DNA of 64,000 nucleotides from Octopus sinensis (GCF_006345805.1 NC_043000.1:123070001-123134000); one strand, 5' to 3'; positions 25,916-39,427 are shown, counted from the first letter of the stretch. The notes: a model not told the origin generated them from the sequence alone. Program-made: numbers and translations.

Positions 25916-27775
25916 AGTCATATGAACCCCATTAGTTTTAGAAGTATTCTGCACACCATAAAAGAAAAACAGACTATCTGATTAATTATTTTCATCCAAA
26001 AACATTACATAGTTCATAATACAGTGTTATTGGAATTATGATTTTAAGTCTTTGGCGAAGAAAGTATACAATTGCTGCCTTTGTTTTCATCTGACCTAAT
26101 ATCTTAATATTTATTGAACATTGGCTTAGGAACTGACATCCGTTTGTTTAGAAGGACAGTCTTTTTGAAATATTACATATATTTTACTTTAAAGTCCATC
26201 CTCTCTTTTTTATTAGAATAGTGGAACAAAACCTCCTTGGCCTATTGATGATTTAGCAATTCTTAGTTCTTTACAAGACACAGCTTTTAGCACAAAATAA
26301 TCCCTCGCCATCCTCCGGGCCAACACCTTTTCCATTTTGTCTGCTGGGGCCAAGGATGTAACTTATGACACCGTTTACCGCTTATTTCAAGAAAAAGATC
26401 TATTTACAGGTCCCAGTTTCTTTAAGTAACGGAGTTGTTAACTGCATTTTTGCAAATTGTTAATACGTTCCTGCTGCATTGATTCATGTAACAGTATTTA
26501 ACTCCTTTCAATCTGTTCATCACACTGATTGTACGTATCTGTTTGCTTATGTGTGATGAAACTGTTGTCCTCAGAGAATTATGGATGTACTAAGCACAGA
26601 CAGCATATGTACACATCTTTTTAGAATAAATTCCTTTGAGGTATTAATCAGGGATGCCATTTGCATGTAAAATAACAACCATGTTGGTGTAACCGAATTT
26701 TAATCTAGCGTATGTTCAAAATCTGATTAGAAATAATTATATAGTGAGGAAAAAGCAAAATTAATCACTGAATAATATCATTTTAGTTATTCCAGAAAGT
26801 ACAGAAGACAATTCCGGGTATGTTTCGATCGTATTACACTTCTTCAGTGAAACATAATCTTTAGTCTACTTGCCCAGATAGTGATGAAAGAAATACTAAA
26901 CAGATATAAAGTATAGAACACTTTCTGAAGTAAACTTAGCATATCTTAGAGAAATTAGACTGTCTACGGCTAATTTGATATGTGGATGGGTAGCTTTATA
27001 CTTTAATATTAGTAACTGATAATGCTACCTATTAGTGTATATCGAAAAATCTACATATGGTTTATTGATACAAATAAAAAAAGAATATGTTAAAAATAAA
27101 TTAATAATATTTCAAATAAGTACACAGCAATCGATTTCCTTCCGGCTAACTAAATATACTATAGATATATTTTATCACCATCACCATCAGCAATGTAAAT
27201 ATTGGAATTTATATTACGTCACAAACAGCATTGATTTCTGATTTCTGATTTCTATCAGTCCTTTTTCATCAATATTAAATACTTGCTATTTATTCTAATT
27301 TTATTTTCGCGTTCCAAAATCTATAGCCTCCATAATACCATGAGCTTATGAGATCTTTATTCTAATCTTTCGCGTTCAAGAGTACTGAGCGTTGATTAAT
27401 ACAAAATTATATAAATTATGCATGTATTAGTGTATGCAGTGAGAGAGACTGGGGTGGCAGATGCGTACGTTTACTTAATGCCCAATACGTTTGACTCTAC
27501 AAAAATTCGACGAAGTTAACTTAAAGTTACGATTTTATAGTACTTGCTAACTACACTACATTGAAGAAATTATATACATACATGGCAAATTCTACCCACA
27601 GCTTGTGTATATATATATATATATATTTAATGAAATGGATAAATGAATTATCTTGTTACGGATTATTCAAAATTTAACCGATACCTGTGTAGCAAAAATC
27701 ACACCAGAAGAGACACGGTTGAGGTTACGACCATGGGCTTTCGCCCCCTTGCTTTAGTGCGGATAATTGAAGTTT

Positions 27776-28233
27776 TATATATTTAGTGAAGGGAAGAAAT
27801 GGAGCCGAACGAAGATTCTACAAAATTCCTTTTTATTATTTTCTACACATGTTTCAAAGGCTGCAAATTCCCAAATTCGGATTGAATAAGGAGACCATTC
27901 TGCAGCTTTCTCTTCAGGAAAATCCAGGAATTTAAAATCTCAAAACAAATGCGCAGCAAGCTTTTCGAACAAAACGCTCCCTAGGAGCTCATGGTAAAAA
28001 TGGTGCCATTTTTACCATGGGCTCCTAGTGAGCCTTTTGTTCGAAAAGCTTGCTGCGCATTTGTTTTGAGATTTTAAATTCCTGGATTTTCCTGAAGAGA
28101 AAGCTGCAGAATGGTCTCCTTATTCAATCCGAATTTGGGAATTTGCAGCCTTTGAAACATGTGTAGAAAATAATAAAAAGGAATTTTGTAGAATCTTTGT
28201 TCGGCTCCATTTCTTCCCTTCACTAAATATATA
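27776..28233. repeat. 458-bp near-perfect palindrome (228-bp arms, 2-nt centre)
   Basis: Arms 27776-28003 and 28006-28233 are reverse complements with about 4 mismatches by eye; the right end runs into (TA)n. Confidence 0.95.
28086..28171 (+). ncRNA. Type I hammerhead ribozyme motif with intact core (mirror copy 27838-27923 on -)
   Basis: Stem I AUUUUC/GAAAAU; core CUGAAGA (28092-28098); 12-position stem II GAAAGCUGCAGA/UUUGCAGCCUUU with 1 mismatch; GAAA (28154-28157); stem III AC-AUGU-GU; cleavage triplet GUA with A17 at 28165. Confidence 0.8.
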
Positions 28234-28235
28234 TA

Positions 28236-28288
<53 letters not shown>

Positions 28289-28735
28289 TATATATAAATT
28301 TAAAATAATAAGGGGGAAAAATTGAATATTAATTTAATTAATATCAATTTAGGACCAGTGGTCTAGCATATAGAAAAATCTGAAGATTCAGAAAAATTAT
28401 ATTACATACATACATACAAGAGGGATGACTACTAAGTAGACATCCATTATGCTAGAAGTCGACCCTCTATGGTTTTACCACTAAGAAAGAAGGAATGTTC
28501 TCCATAACATGTGTGTGTGGGGGGGGGCGTGCATGTGTGTGTGAGAGAGAGTGTAACACGTCTTCGACAAGTTTTGGTCGCTTATAAATCTGTTGTTTAT
28601 CAAGTATCTGAAAATATATAACGATAAGAATGATATCAAGTCTACAAATTGTAGGTGACAAGTACTGAGTTATAATACTTGAAATGACAAGATATCTAAA
28701 ATGAAATGGTGGGTCTGCAAAGAATCATTTTAATA

Positions 28736-29183
28736 CAGTTACCATGCAAAAGTCTTCAGCCGCTTAAAACTATTGTATATTTCTACTAATTGCCATCTTA
28801 TAAGAGGATGTTTCGTATTACGAATTTTACAGACGAAACATTGGCCCTGTTGGAATCATTTCGATACCTAATCATTATATTTCGTAGTAGGAGTTCTGAA
28901 TAATTTTCATTATAGACATTATTATATTTTAAAACACTGTATCTCGATTGGCTTATGTGAGGTGGCCGAAAACTTTTGCATGGCCATTTTTGGTGGTCGT
29001 CTCGCATCTTCCCCTCTCATTCAGAAGCCCTACTACAAAATATAATGATTAGGTATGGAAATGACTCCAACAGGGCCAATGTTCCATCTGTAAAAAACGC
29101 AATGCGAAACATCCACTTATAAGATGGCAATTAGTAGAAATTTACAATAGTTGAAAGTGACCGAAGACTTTTGCACAGTACTG
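28736..29183. mobile_element. Tc1/mariner-derived MITE with ~165-bp inverted arms
   Basis: TA|CAGT..TGCAAAAGTCTTC ... GAAGACTTTTGCACAGTACTG|TA, i.e. Tc1-type ends with a TA target duplication. Confidence 0.85.
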
Positions 29184-29296
29184 TATAAAGAATAGCAGTT
29201 AGAAGAAAATGTGTATGATAGTGGAGTGAAGAGAAAGTATAGCTGTACATCATGCTTATTTGGAACTGTTAAATGATAATAGAAGTGTGTGTGTGT

Positions 29297-29343
<47 letters not shown>

Positions 29344-29759
29344 TTGCGTAAGCGCACGGTTTTGTTTATGTAGTTGCCTTATAGAAACAGTTTCATTCAC
29401 ATCTTTAACAAATACAAATATTCACCAAACTTGATATCTTTATTGTGTTCTGTTATCTGAATCCCCCACTGAATCCACTATCACAATCACCACAACTAAC
29501 TCAACCACTACAACTAAATCACTGGAAGGTATGTCTTTCTCTCGACCAAATATGTACATTACTGTCTGAATACATTTATGGCTGACAAAATTTACACATG
29601 TACACATGTTCGTGCTGGTTCGATGAAACAAAACAATAAACGATGTACATGAAAGTAGATTTAAGCATCCAAATGCAGTAATTAATTGTACTGTGTACCT
29701 CCAATTACACTGTATGTTTAGCGAGATAAAAAATCCATTTCTTGCAAGCAAATGATCGA

Positions 29760-31000
29760 CAGTTGTTAGCTTGTTACAACATCAAAGAGATATACGGATA
29801 GACATATATATTCAATGACTATAACTTATCCTTTAATGTAACCCACGCACATGCTGTGACAAGCAGACCAGACTCATAGATGCACAAATACTCACACACA
29901 AATTTTCTTAAGTTCTCATGTTCTACGGCAAAACCTTTAGTCCCAGTTTTTGAAACACTTCTTTTATGAATGCAAGTCTAATTAGTACGAACCAAACAAT
30001 ATATCAATTATTAGCACAACAAATATTCCACCAGGGCCTCTACTCGCTTTCTCACTTTCATTTTAGCATCCTCCATTTTCATATTTTTTTCCTTTCAACT
30101 GTATAACCAAATTGCTATCCGTTACTAATTATCTTTTCTTCGAGAAGAAATGAAGTGTTACAATCATAGATGTCCTATTGCTTTTTACCGATTTTCCCAG
30201 TACATATGGTATTCAGATGCAGTTAATTGATTTTATGCGTGACTGGTACTGTTCATGATTTCTAGAACTAAAAGAATGATTGTATTTGCTGGGTTGTCAT
30301 TATAGTTACGTTACATAACTAGTGTACTTCTTGGTTCTGTCCACAATTGGCTTGTATGAAGTAGTATTGCTTGTTACTAATGTTCTTTCTGGTAGTACTA
30401 CTTGTGAAGTTCCTTATTTATTTGGCATCTTAACATAACGAATTCATTTTCGTTATTCTATTGGCTGATAAAACAATAGCAACAAGCTTTGTTACAATCC
30501 ATACTTCTTTTTCTTTTGTTTTACTATATATACTTGTCTGTGTTGACAATCCCTAAACAATGGGAGAAAATTTATTGTCAGTTTGGAGAAAATATTGTTC
30601 AAACATTCCATCGTCTACTCAATTTTCTATTTGGTCGAATCTTCCATTAATTAACTCTTCGGTTGCGTTGAGGCTTGTGGTTTCTATTGCTTCTAATCGA
30701 AGGTTAGCATTTAGGATGGGTTGCCGTAGCGTAATTAACAGGCGACTAGTTGGATGTTGTTTATTATAGAATGGAATTTACAATTCTTAAATATTGGTCG
30801 ATTGAGACCAATAACAGTAGAAGTTAGTCCCTCCAGGATATCAACACAATCCTTGCAACAGCAAAACATATTTCTCTCTGAGATACTCTCATCTATAAAC
30901 CAGGACTACTGTTCCAGTTACTTCTATATATTCCAACTTCTGGACATCAGAAGCTGAAACAAACTTCCAGTTACTCTGCCTTTATTTCTTTAAGTTCAGC
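29760..31000 (-). mobile_element. Possible decayed LTR-retrotransposon gag/protease relic
   Basis: Strong strand asymmetry and stop-interrupted reads (MFEQYFLQ.., KRVEALVEYL) loosely like gypsy gag and protease; no diagnostic motif is intact. Confidence 0.3.
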
Positions 31001-33052
31001 TGCTATCCTTAACAATTTCCAAATTCCAACAGCAGTTGAACTGCTATCTCTGGTTTTATTTCATTCCAATTCTCTTTGAATTTGCATCCTTGATGAATTT
31101 AATATTCACGGTTTAATCTTGGCAATTGTATTCTTCTCACACTGACACTGTTGGGATAGGGTGAACTATTTCTTATCCTCAGCTATCTCCTCCTGTTATA
31201 ATCATCCCCCAACTCAGTAACACACAGACACTTCACACAATCTGACCTCTTGAGAAAAACACTTCATTTCACGTTTCTCCAGTACAATGTATCTATGCTT
31301 GGCGTTGACTTACATGCGCCCATTGTGGTCAGCTGAAGACCGAATGGTGGCTTTATAGTCTCGTTGCGTCTTCATCACTCGGACCCATCGAACAACTTTC
31401 GTCTTTTCGTGTCTTAGAGCTTGGCTCTAGCAATCCATTGACTCTGGCAATGCATTCTTCATGCTTTGCATTGAATTACGCCAATCTCACCGCGAATGCG
31501 TCGATTGTGATTTCTTTCTTCGGTGCCTCATCTAAATTTTTAACTAAATCTCCATCCACTCTAGTTTTCTCTATCGCTATAGACTTACTAAACCTTATCG
31601 ATTCTACTCTAATCGCCATTTTCAGGGTAAATTACCCTTTGTCTTGGTGAATGCTCCCTTCAAACCCCATTTAACTAATTCGCTAATCCGCTCTCTGTAA
31701 GCTTGACAAACTGGGAGCGACACGTTCAGCCTCCAGTAATCGAGTTCTGTCTACGAAGCCCATCAAGGCTGACTGTACAAATCACATATCTGTGTTATGT
31801 GTAGCCGACGATTTTAAATTGTTAACAGCCAATGCTGTCTACAAGTATTTTAAGAGGTGTATATAACTTCGGTATGTAAATCATCTCCAAATTCGCCCCG
31901 TGGATTTTGAGATGCGGTGATAAGTTTATTTTCTTTTTCAATCACTATTCAATAAGTGACTGAAGTATGGATGCACTATCCTTTGTTGTGCTGTTCTGCC
32001 ACGGAGATATTTTCCGCCAGGTATTTTCTGTCTGTAGTATATCTGTTTGAGAGAGCAACAGCGAAAGAAGGGAAGCTTGAAATGCTTTCCCAATTTTCAC
32101 ACTTTCATTCGCTTGACCAAACGCATGTGTGTATTAGAGCCGCTGTTGCTGCTACTGAGATTTGTGTTGTTTGAATTATCCAAAACGATAGCATTTTCCG
32201 TCAGAAATTCATTATTTTCTTTCTTGTGAAATAAATACATTCTGCTGAGTAATTGATTTTGCTTTCTTTCTGTTCTTCTGTTTACTGTATGTAAAAGAAC
32301 GTGTTTATTTTCGCTCGAATTTTATTTTAGAAGGGACGCTTTTAGACACTGTAAATATTGTGTTTGTTTACGAGTAATCGAAAAAAATTTTGCCACAGAT
32401 TAAACAGTGAAAAAGTTTTGTAAACAATTAAATTCCAACAATTCCTTTAAAAAATACCGCATTTAAGAACCTGCTTTTACGTACTTTCACTTCAAAATCC
32501 ACCATATTGGAAGAACGAAACGAAAACACGTCTGACTATTTCAAAATACGCCAACAACATCTGTTTCTAATTTAGGTACAAGATCACGATTTTGTGGGGA
32601 GGTTAATCGATTATATCGACCAAATTAATTGTTTCTAATTCAGAATTAAGCTTTCTGTTTACTGCGAATTTGAGGAGGGGAGTTAGCCGTTACCATCGAG
32701 CCTAGTAATTCATGGATACTTTATTTTTTATTGACCCCAGATGAATGAAAGACAAATTTTACCTCGGCGGGATTTGAAATTAAAATGTAAAGATCCTTAT
32801 TTGTCCTACGCTCTAACGATTCCACCAGATCACCGATCATTCAACTAGTAAGACAATTATCAACTAATCAACTGATTCATCGTCAGAGTCCTTCCGTTGC
32901 TGTCTTATCAATAATGCTTCCGCTTCTTAATAGAATGACTCTTCCAATCTACAAAAATATTTATTTCAACCCACAATTTCAGCCCACAGCATCAAGGATC
33001 TAGCAGATACAAAAACGATTATATATACATATATAAAAACGATTATATATAT

Positions 33053-33124
<72 letters not shown>

Positions 33125-33285
33125 CATATCGGCCGAAACTGCAAAGACTATCTGGTACTCGACTGAAGATTGAAAGCTACGGATGACCCGTCCTTGTTTA
33201 TTTCCTGTTCTTTTTCGTATCGTCTAACTGTCTGAATGTTTTGTTGTCGCCTGTTGTTACGTTCTGGTTACACTTTTTGTTTTGT

Positions 33286-33322
<37 letters not shown>

Positions 33323-33583
33323 AATGATACATCTAATCCACCAAACATTCTTCTTCTTTTTCTATATATGTTTGCGTGTGCTTGTATGCCTCTGCATATG
33401 AATGTATGCGCACACATACATTCATTCATATGTGTATTACAATGAATTCTTATTTTAATTGGTCGGTTAACCTAGAATTTGAATATTCATAAATACATGT
33501 TAATATAAAACAGTATTGGTGTATGAGAGAATAAAAATGCAAGCATTCGAAATGCCTCAATCCCACAGCTTTCATCATCATAT

Positions 33584-33649
<66 letters not shown>

Positions 33650-34679
33650 AAAGCTTCAGTCTAAGGATTACTGTACTGTGTGACCTCAACAAAAATAACC
33701 TCCTATATCAGCATCTCTATGCGATCACTCTGCGAATCCTGGAAGCACAAAATTAATTAATCTTGTTTGCAGCGAAGTGATGTAAACTGTAAACTCTAAA
33801 GAGTCGAATAAGTTGTAGGTAAATAATGAAGGGGCCTTATCATAAACCTTTAAATTCATTTCTCGGAAAACATGAACACATTCCGTTTTGTGAGCTTCAT
33901 TAACTGACGTTTGTTATCAATCACTACTAGTTCCTTTTAAATTTCGAAAGTGTTTTTAACTATATAATATGTGTAGTTCTTATGAACCAACTTATACTGT
34001 AGATAAATATATTTATCAATTAGTGAATCCATCTTCTGTTCAGTACTTATTGCTCAGACCAAGTGACACAAATGCTGTGGACATAAACTTCAGTTTCGTA
34101 ATTACGAAATATTAGTTCTTGTTAGACAAGCCATGAAATCGTATAACAAAGACATTTCAGTGTTCTTGAATAATACTTGGAATAAGTTATGCAAATTCAC
34201 CGTTCTGCTATGAGTGTTGTAACGTAACGATTAGCAAGCACAAGTGTTTTCATCCTTTCGGGGTCGATAAATAAAGTACCAGTTACGCACTGGGGTCGAT
34301 GTAATCGACTTAATACCTATGTCTGTTCTTGTTTGTCCCCTCTGTGTTTAGCCCCCTGTGGGCAATAAAGAAATATATATCATAAAGAATATATGTGTGT
34401 ATTATACACATGCATGTATGTGTGTGCATGCATACGTGTATTATGCATGTATGTATGCATGTATGTATGCATACATGTATATGTATATATATATATGTAT
34501 GTATGTATATATGCATGCGTGCATATATGTATGTACGTATGTATGTATGTCATTATTCAGTTTATTTCAAGATTTCTTGCCAATAAAGTTCCAAGGCTCC
34601 TTCATTGGAATTTCAACATCAACAACAGGGTTTTTTTTGTATGTATGTATGTATGTATGTATGTATGTATGTATGTGCA

Positions 34680-35210
34680 GATCTGTGTTCTTTATGTATG
34701 TATTTTCATGCATATAGTTGCATATCTAGACATGCTTGTATATATTTAAATAATAAACTTCTGGAAATTTTCAGATTTTTTACAGTTCCAGTAATGGACT
34801 GGGTCTGTAGTCTTCGAATTAGATTTCTCTTTTCTGGTTTTGAGAAGCCTAATTTCTCAAGATTGGTACTTAGGCAGTGTGTTACATATCTCAGGGCCTA
34901 TAAACTTGAACTTGTAATCTGGATAGAGTAACTGCAGATTTCTCAATAGTTCAACATAGGTGTTCTTTTTCACAGATCTTCAGCTTTATGTTGACGTCCC
35001 CTGGACAGCTAATTTCCACAACTGTGCACAGTTTCTCTTCTCTATCCCAAATCATGAAATCATGTCTGTTGTGCTTACATTTTACTGAGGTCTTCACTGG
35101 AACATTCCCCTAGTATTCTTTTTTATTATAAGAGGCCATGACTTCTACCATATTGTGGGTTCTTATTTCTTTGTGTAGTAGGAATCGTTTTAATCTGAAG
35201 CCATGTGTTG
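34680..35210 (-). mobile_element. 3' end of an R4/NeSL-type LINE (restriction-like endonuclease domain relic)
   Basis: Minus strand reads VKCKHN..IWDREEKLCTVVEISCP.DVNI..LQLLYPDYKF..LEKLGFS..RRLQTQSITGTVK with frameshifts, ending in (TACA)n. Confidence 0.75.
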
Positions 35211-35255
35211 AAACTAAAGTAATTACATCGTGGAGTAGCCATTTTCACTTTTTAA

Positions 35256-35541
35256 AACATTGCTTCGCAACTGGGATCCATATGGCTTTAGGTGGTCCAT
35301 ATGGCCCTTAAAGGTCCATATCAGATTTTGTTGTTAAACTTTATGCGCAATAAATTTGATATATACTTCTAGAATACACAAAATATTTTAACAATTTTTT
35401 TTATACTATTCCTAATAACATTTAATTATAAAAGTTTAATAGGATTTTTTAAACATCAAATGGCTATGAGAGTCCACCTGAGCAAAATAAGAATCAAAGG
35501 GCAAAATATGATTGAGGCAAAATATGATTGAGCAACACTGA
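35256..35541. mobile_element. Decayed hAT-like MITE
   Basis: Ends CATTGCTTCGCAAC ... TTGAGCAACACTG resemble the CAGTGTTTCTCAA-type TIR. Confidence 0.4.
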
Positions 35542-35866
35542 TTTAAAACGACAAATGTTCATAAATGCACTTTAAATATTTTTCATTTCACTCTCTTCTA
35601 CTGCTGAACTAATGATTTATGACGATGAAAAAGAACGCAAAATAAACATTCCATGAATGCCTTTTAAACTGTGAACTATTTTCACTCTATATGAATTCTC
35701 TAGCTTCGTAAAATGTTTAATCTAGCGTAATTAGTTTGCCTCGCATTATACGGTACTGACGATTGCAAACAAGGATGACAGCGCTACACGATGGCCGCCA
35801 ATGACTGAAAAATATTATGTTTAAGAAGAAAATATCAAATATTCCGTGCGCATTCTTTATTCTTTG

Positions 35867-36261
35867 ACTAGTGGTATCGCCCGGCGTTGCTCGGGTTTGT
35901 TTCGACCCATTAGAATTGGAATTTTTGAAAAGTAAAACTTTTGCATTATGTAGCTTGTTATTCTCTTTAAGTGAACATTTTTCTGGTTGAAATACATTGA
36001 AAAATGGCGACACAGCAGTCAAAAAGTCGTAAAAAAATAGGGATTTTCATAGAAAAAAAGCACCTTTTTGATGTAAATAATTTTTGGTGTTAACATGGTC
36101 CGATTTGAATGTTTTCTTCTACGGAAGGAAGAGCAAGCTTTCTTCTATCATACTCTCAATTTTGGTCAACTTGCGCCGCGGGGTCTCGGAGGAGATTGTG
36201 TTAGTTGAAGGCTACTAAACCCGCCATACTCAGACAACTTCAGCTTTATATATAGAGAGAT
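35867..36261 (+). mobile_element. Helentron/DINE-1-like non-autonomous element
   Basis: 5' ACTAG..CCCGGCGTTGCTCGGG hairpin and 3' CTTTATATATAGAGAGAT end, in T-rich flanks. Confidence 0.7.
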
Positions 36262-36854
36262 TTAAAATTGAAACTTCCAACCCGCTTTCACAATCTAGAA
36301 GGGATTGTCTCCCCTACAATAGCTGATCACCGCGATAAACTTAAATATGTTTCATGAAATCAACATTTTCGTCGAACACCGACACTGAAATAGTTTCACT
36401 GGAACTCCTTGAAACTTCGTTCACTGCCGCTTCTTATAGGCCTCGTATTTCTTTCTCGTTTTCTTTCTTTCTTTTCTTTTTTGCGTGATGGGCTTACAGA
36501 CATATAGATCCGTTGTATTCATGTTGATTTACTTTGATTTCTTGACATCGGTCATCGATCTATCAACGTCAGTCATTTTCAGGTTTCATTACAACATTGT
36601 GTCTATTATTGTCATCATCCTACGCATTTTGTCTTTATTCTTTCTCTTCGTGAGGTTTAGTTTTAGGTATATGCTTTCCCCGTTCGCTGTATTACAACGT
36701 TTCTGTTTGATGTTACAAATCTATAAAAATTATGTTTCTGCCGTGGGAAATAAATCGTATTTTAAACGCGTTATTATTTAGATGGAATTCAGAGGATGGG
36801 ACATAATATAATTTACAAATGAGTAATTACTCACACTCGTCGTATGCCTTCTAT

Positions 36855-37070
36855 ATTACCCACAAGGGGCTAAACATAGAGGGGACAAACAAGGATAGAC
36901 AAAAGGATTAAGTCAATTATATCGACCCCAGTGCGTAACTGGTACTTAATTTATCGACCCCGAAAGGATGAAAGGCAAAGTCAACCTCGGCGGAATTTGA
37001 ACTCAGAACATAACAGCAGACGAAATAACGCTAAGCATTTCGCCCGGCGTGCTAACGTTTCTGCCAGCTC
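36855..37070 (-). mobile_element. SINE family B
   Basis: Near-consensus copy, CpG-rich. Confidence 0.9.
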
Positions 37071-37438
37071 GAGTCACCACTTTTGCGGAGTCGAGTTGTT
37101 GTGAGAAAGACTGATGTTGCATCGTTATTAATCGAACGTAAGATCGGGCTGGTTGCATATATTACAACAAAAGTAAACTCGAGAACGTTTATTAACAGAT
37201 ATTATTGAGAGAAGATTGGGCAATGTACACATATATAAATCATCAAGCCCTTACTGGTTACAAGAATAGAATGTAGGAGTTGATTTAACTGCATCTGTTC
37301 GGTCATTTGTTATCTGGAAGGTGAAGGACAAAACATACGAATCCGGCGTTGAAGTTGTTTTCTTAGTTTGTTGTGCAAAAGCGAAGATCTAGGTGCTTGA
37401 ATGCCAACACCGTTTTAGTATGATTTATGCATCCGTAA

Positions 37439-37672
37439 AGGCGGCGAGCTGGCAGAAATGTTAGCACGCCGGGCGAAATGCGTAACCGTATTTCGTCTGC
37501 TGTTACGTTCTGAGTTCAAATTCCGCCGAGGTCTACTTTGCCTTTCATCCTTTCGGGGTCGTTAAATTAAGCACCAGTTACGCACTGGAGTCGATGTAAT
37601 CGACTTAATCCGTTAGTCTGTCCTTGTTCGTCCCCTCTGTGTTTAGCCCCTTGTGGGTAGTAAAGAAATAAG
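37439..37672 (+). mobile_element. SINE family B
   Basis: Near-consensus copy; AGTATGATTTATGC occurs on both sides. Confidence 0.9.
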
Positions 37673-38395
37673 TATGATTTATGCGCCAAATTGCTCAACT
37701 AGGGAAGAGGGGCATGAATCTCAAAAACATTCGAGATGTTCACATTATAATTTCAAGTTGATGGGTCAATTTTTAAGTTGTTCACGGGAGACTCATATGA
37801 CCTGATTGTGGCTTACATGTGATCATGAACTGATACTTTCGCGTTTGGGGTTCGAATCTATGCACTCTGTTCATCAAGTTCCAATTGCCAATAAAGTACA
37901 CAACATATCAATTAAAAAAAAACTTGGTGCCTTGCTATTGTAATCATGGTTTTCATATTCGGTATTTGATACGTAAATGCCTCTCTCCAATTATTTAGGT
38001 GTACTTTATAACTTGTACATATATGCAAGCCTCCACCCTTTTACATGTCCTTAATACGAGCGATGCATTCTTTAAATACTTACATATAAGCATAGAGATT
38101 ATTATTTTCTTCTGCTGTAATGTATTAATTTCCTTTTTCCTTTGTATAAGCGCTGGACGAGCAGGACAGACTTTATCTTCAGCTGAAGGACTTAAAGCAA
38201 CTGATGCTTTGAATTTACGAATTAGCTTTAGACTTTCATCTAAATTAAAGCCAATAGAAAATATCATTATGAAGTAGACCACATCTAATCAACCTAAAGA
38301 CATAGGACCTTTTAGCAACTACAAATTGATAAGAGTGAGAAATACTATTATGACTGAGATCAGTCTATTTTGCTGATAACCTGCAATTCTGGATA

Positions 38396-38760
38396 CTCTC
38401 TTTTACTCTTTTACTCGTTTCAGTCATGTGACTGTGGTCATGCTGGAGCACCGCCTTTAGTCGAGCAAATCGACTCCAGGACTTATTCTTTGTAAGCCTA
38501 GTATTTATTCTATCGGTCTCTTTTGCCGAACCGCTAAGTTACGGGGACGTAAACACACCAGCATCGGTTGTCAAGCGATGTTGATGGGGACAAAAACAGA
38601 CACACAAACATATACACACACATACATATATACGACGGGCTCCTTTCAGTTTTCCGTCTGCAAAATCCACTCACAAGGCTTTGGTTGGTCCGAGGCCAAA
38701 AGTGCCATGCAGTGGGACTGAACCCGGAACCATGTGGTTTGTAAGCAAGCTACTTACCAC
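38396..38760 (-). mobile_element. SINE family A
   Basis: Reverse complement of the 8910 copy, with an internal deletion. Confidence 0.88.
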
Positions 38761-39011
38761 GATCCTCGAAAGACTACAATATTTTCTTGTAAAATAGAAC
38801 TCGTAGCGCTAGATTCTATTTGCCTATCGACATACTTCCCGTTTACTTAACACCGTTTCAACATTGCAAGCATTCTTCGGAAAGACAAATAATAACCATA
38901 GTAACAGATAACTAGTTACTCCAACCCTTGTGATACTAATAGATTTTTTCGAACTCAAACAACCCATATGCTTTTATAGAAAAGGGAGATAAACATGTAA
39001 ACAAACCGTAG

Positions 39012-39225
39012 GTATTCTTTCTACTCTCGGCACAAAGCCTTAATTTTTTTGTGGAGCGAGACCTAATTGATTATATCGATCCCGGTACTCAACTAGTACT
39101 TATTTTATCGATCCTGAAAGGGGTGAAAGGCAAAGTCGACCTTGGCGGAATTTGAACTCAGAACGTAAAGACAGACAAAATGCTGCTAAGCATTGCCCAG
39201 CTTACTAACGATTGTTCCTACTCTC
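39012..39225 (-). mobile_element. SINE family B
   Basis: GAAAGGCAAAGTCGACCTTGGCGGAATTTGAACTCAGAACG core. Confidence 0.8.
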
Positions 39226-39279
39226 CACCACAAGAAACTCTAGGCTTATATCACAACAAACAACATTACTCAACTTCTA

Positions 39280-39348
<69 letters not shown>

Positions 39349-39385
39349 CCACTACACACATTTTTTCTTTCCTTGTTTTTTCTGT

Positions 39386-39427
39386 GTCCCTTTCTGTAGA
39401 AGAGCGTAGGCTCGAAACGTAAAAGAC
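39386..39427 (+). ncRNA. Minimal hammerhead-like motif with a core substitution, inside a ~180-bp (TA)n-flanked Penelope-like element (~39348-39521)
   Basis: CUUU-CUGUAGA-A-GAGC(GUAG)GCUC-GAAA-CGUA|AAAG. The A6 position is U; stem III is the palindrome ACGU; stem I is CUUU/AAAG. Confidence 0.55.

Noticed and set aside
33773-33781. 9-nt microexon candidate (TTGTTTGCAG|CGAAGTGAT|GTAAAC)
   Set aside because: In phase 1 it introduces an in-frame TGA.
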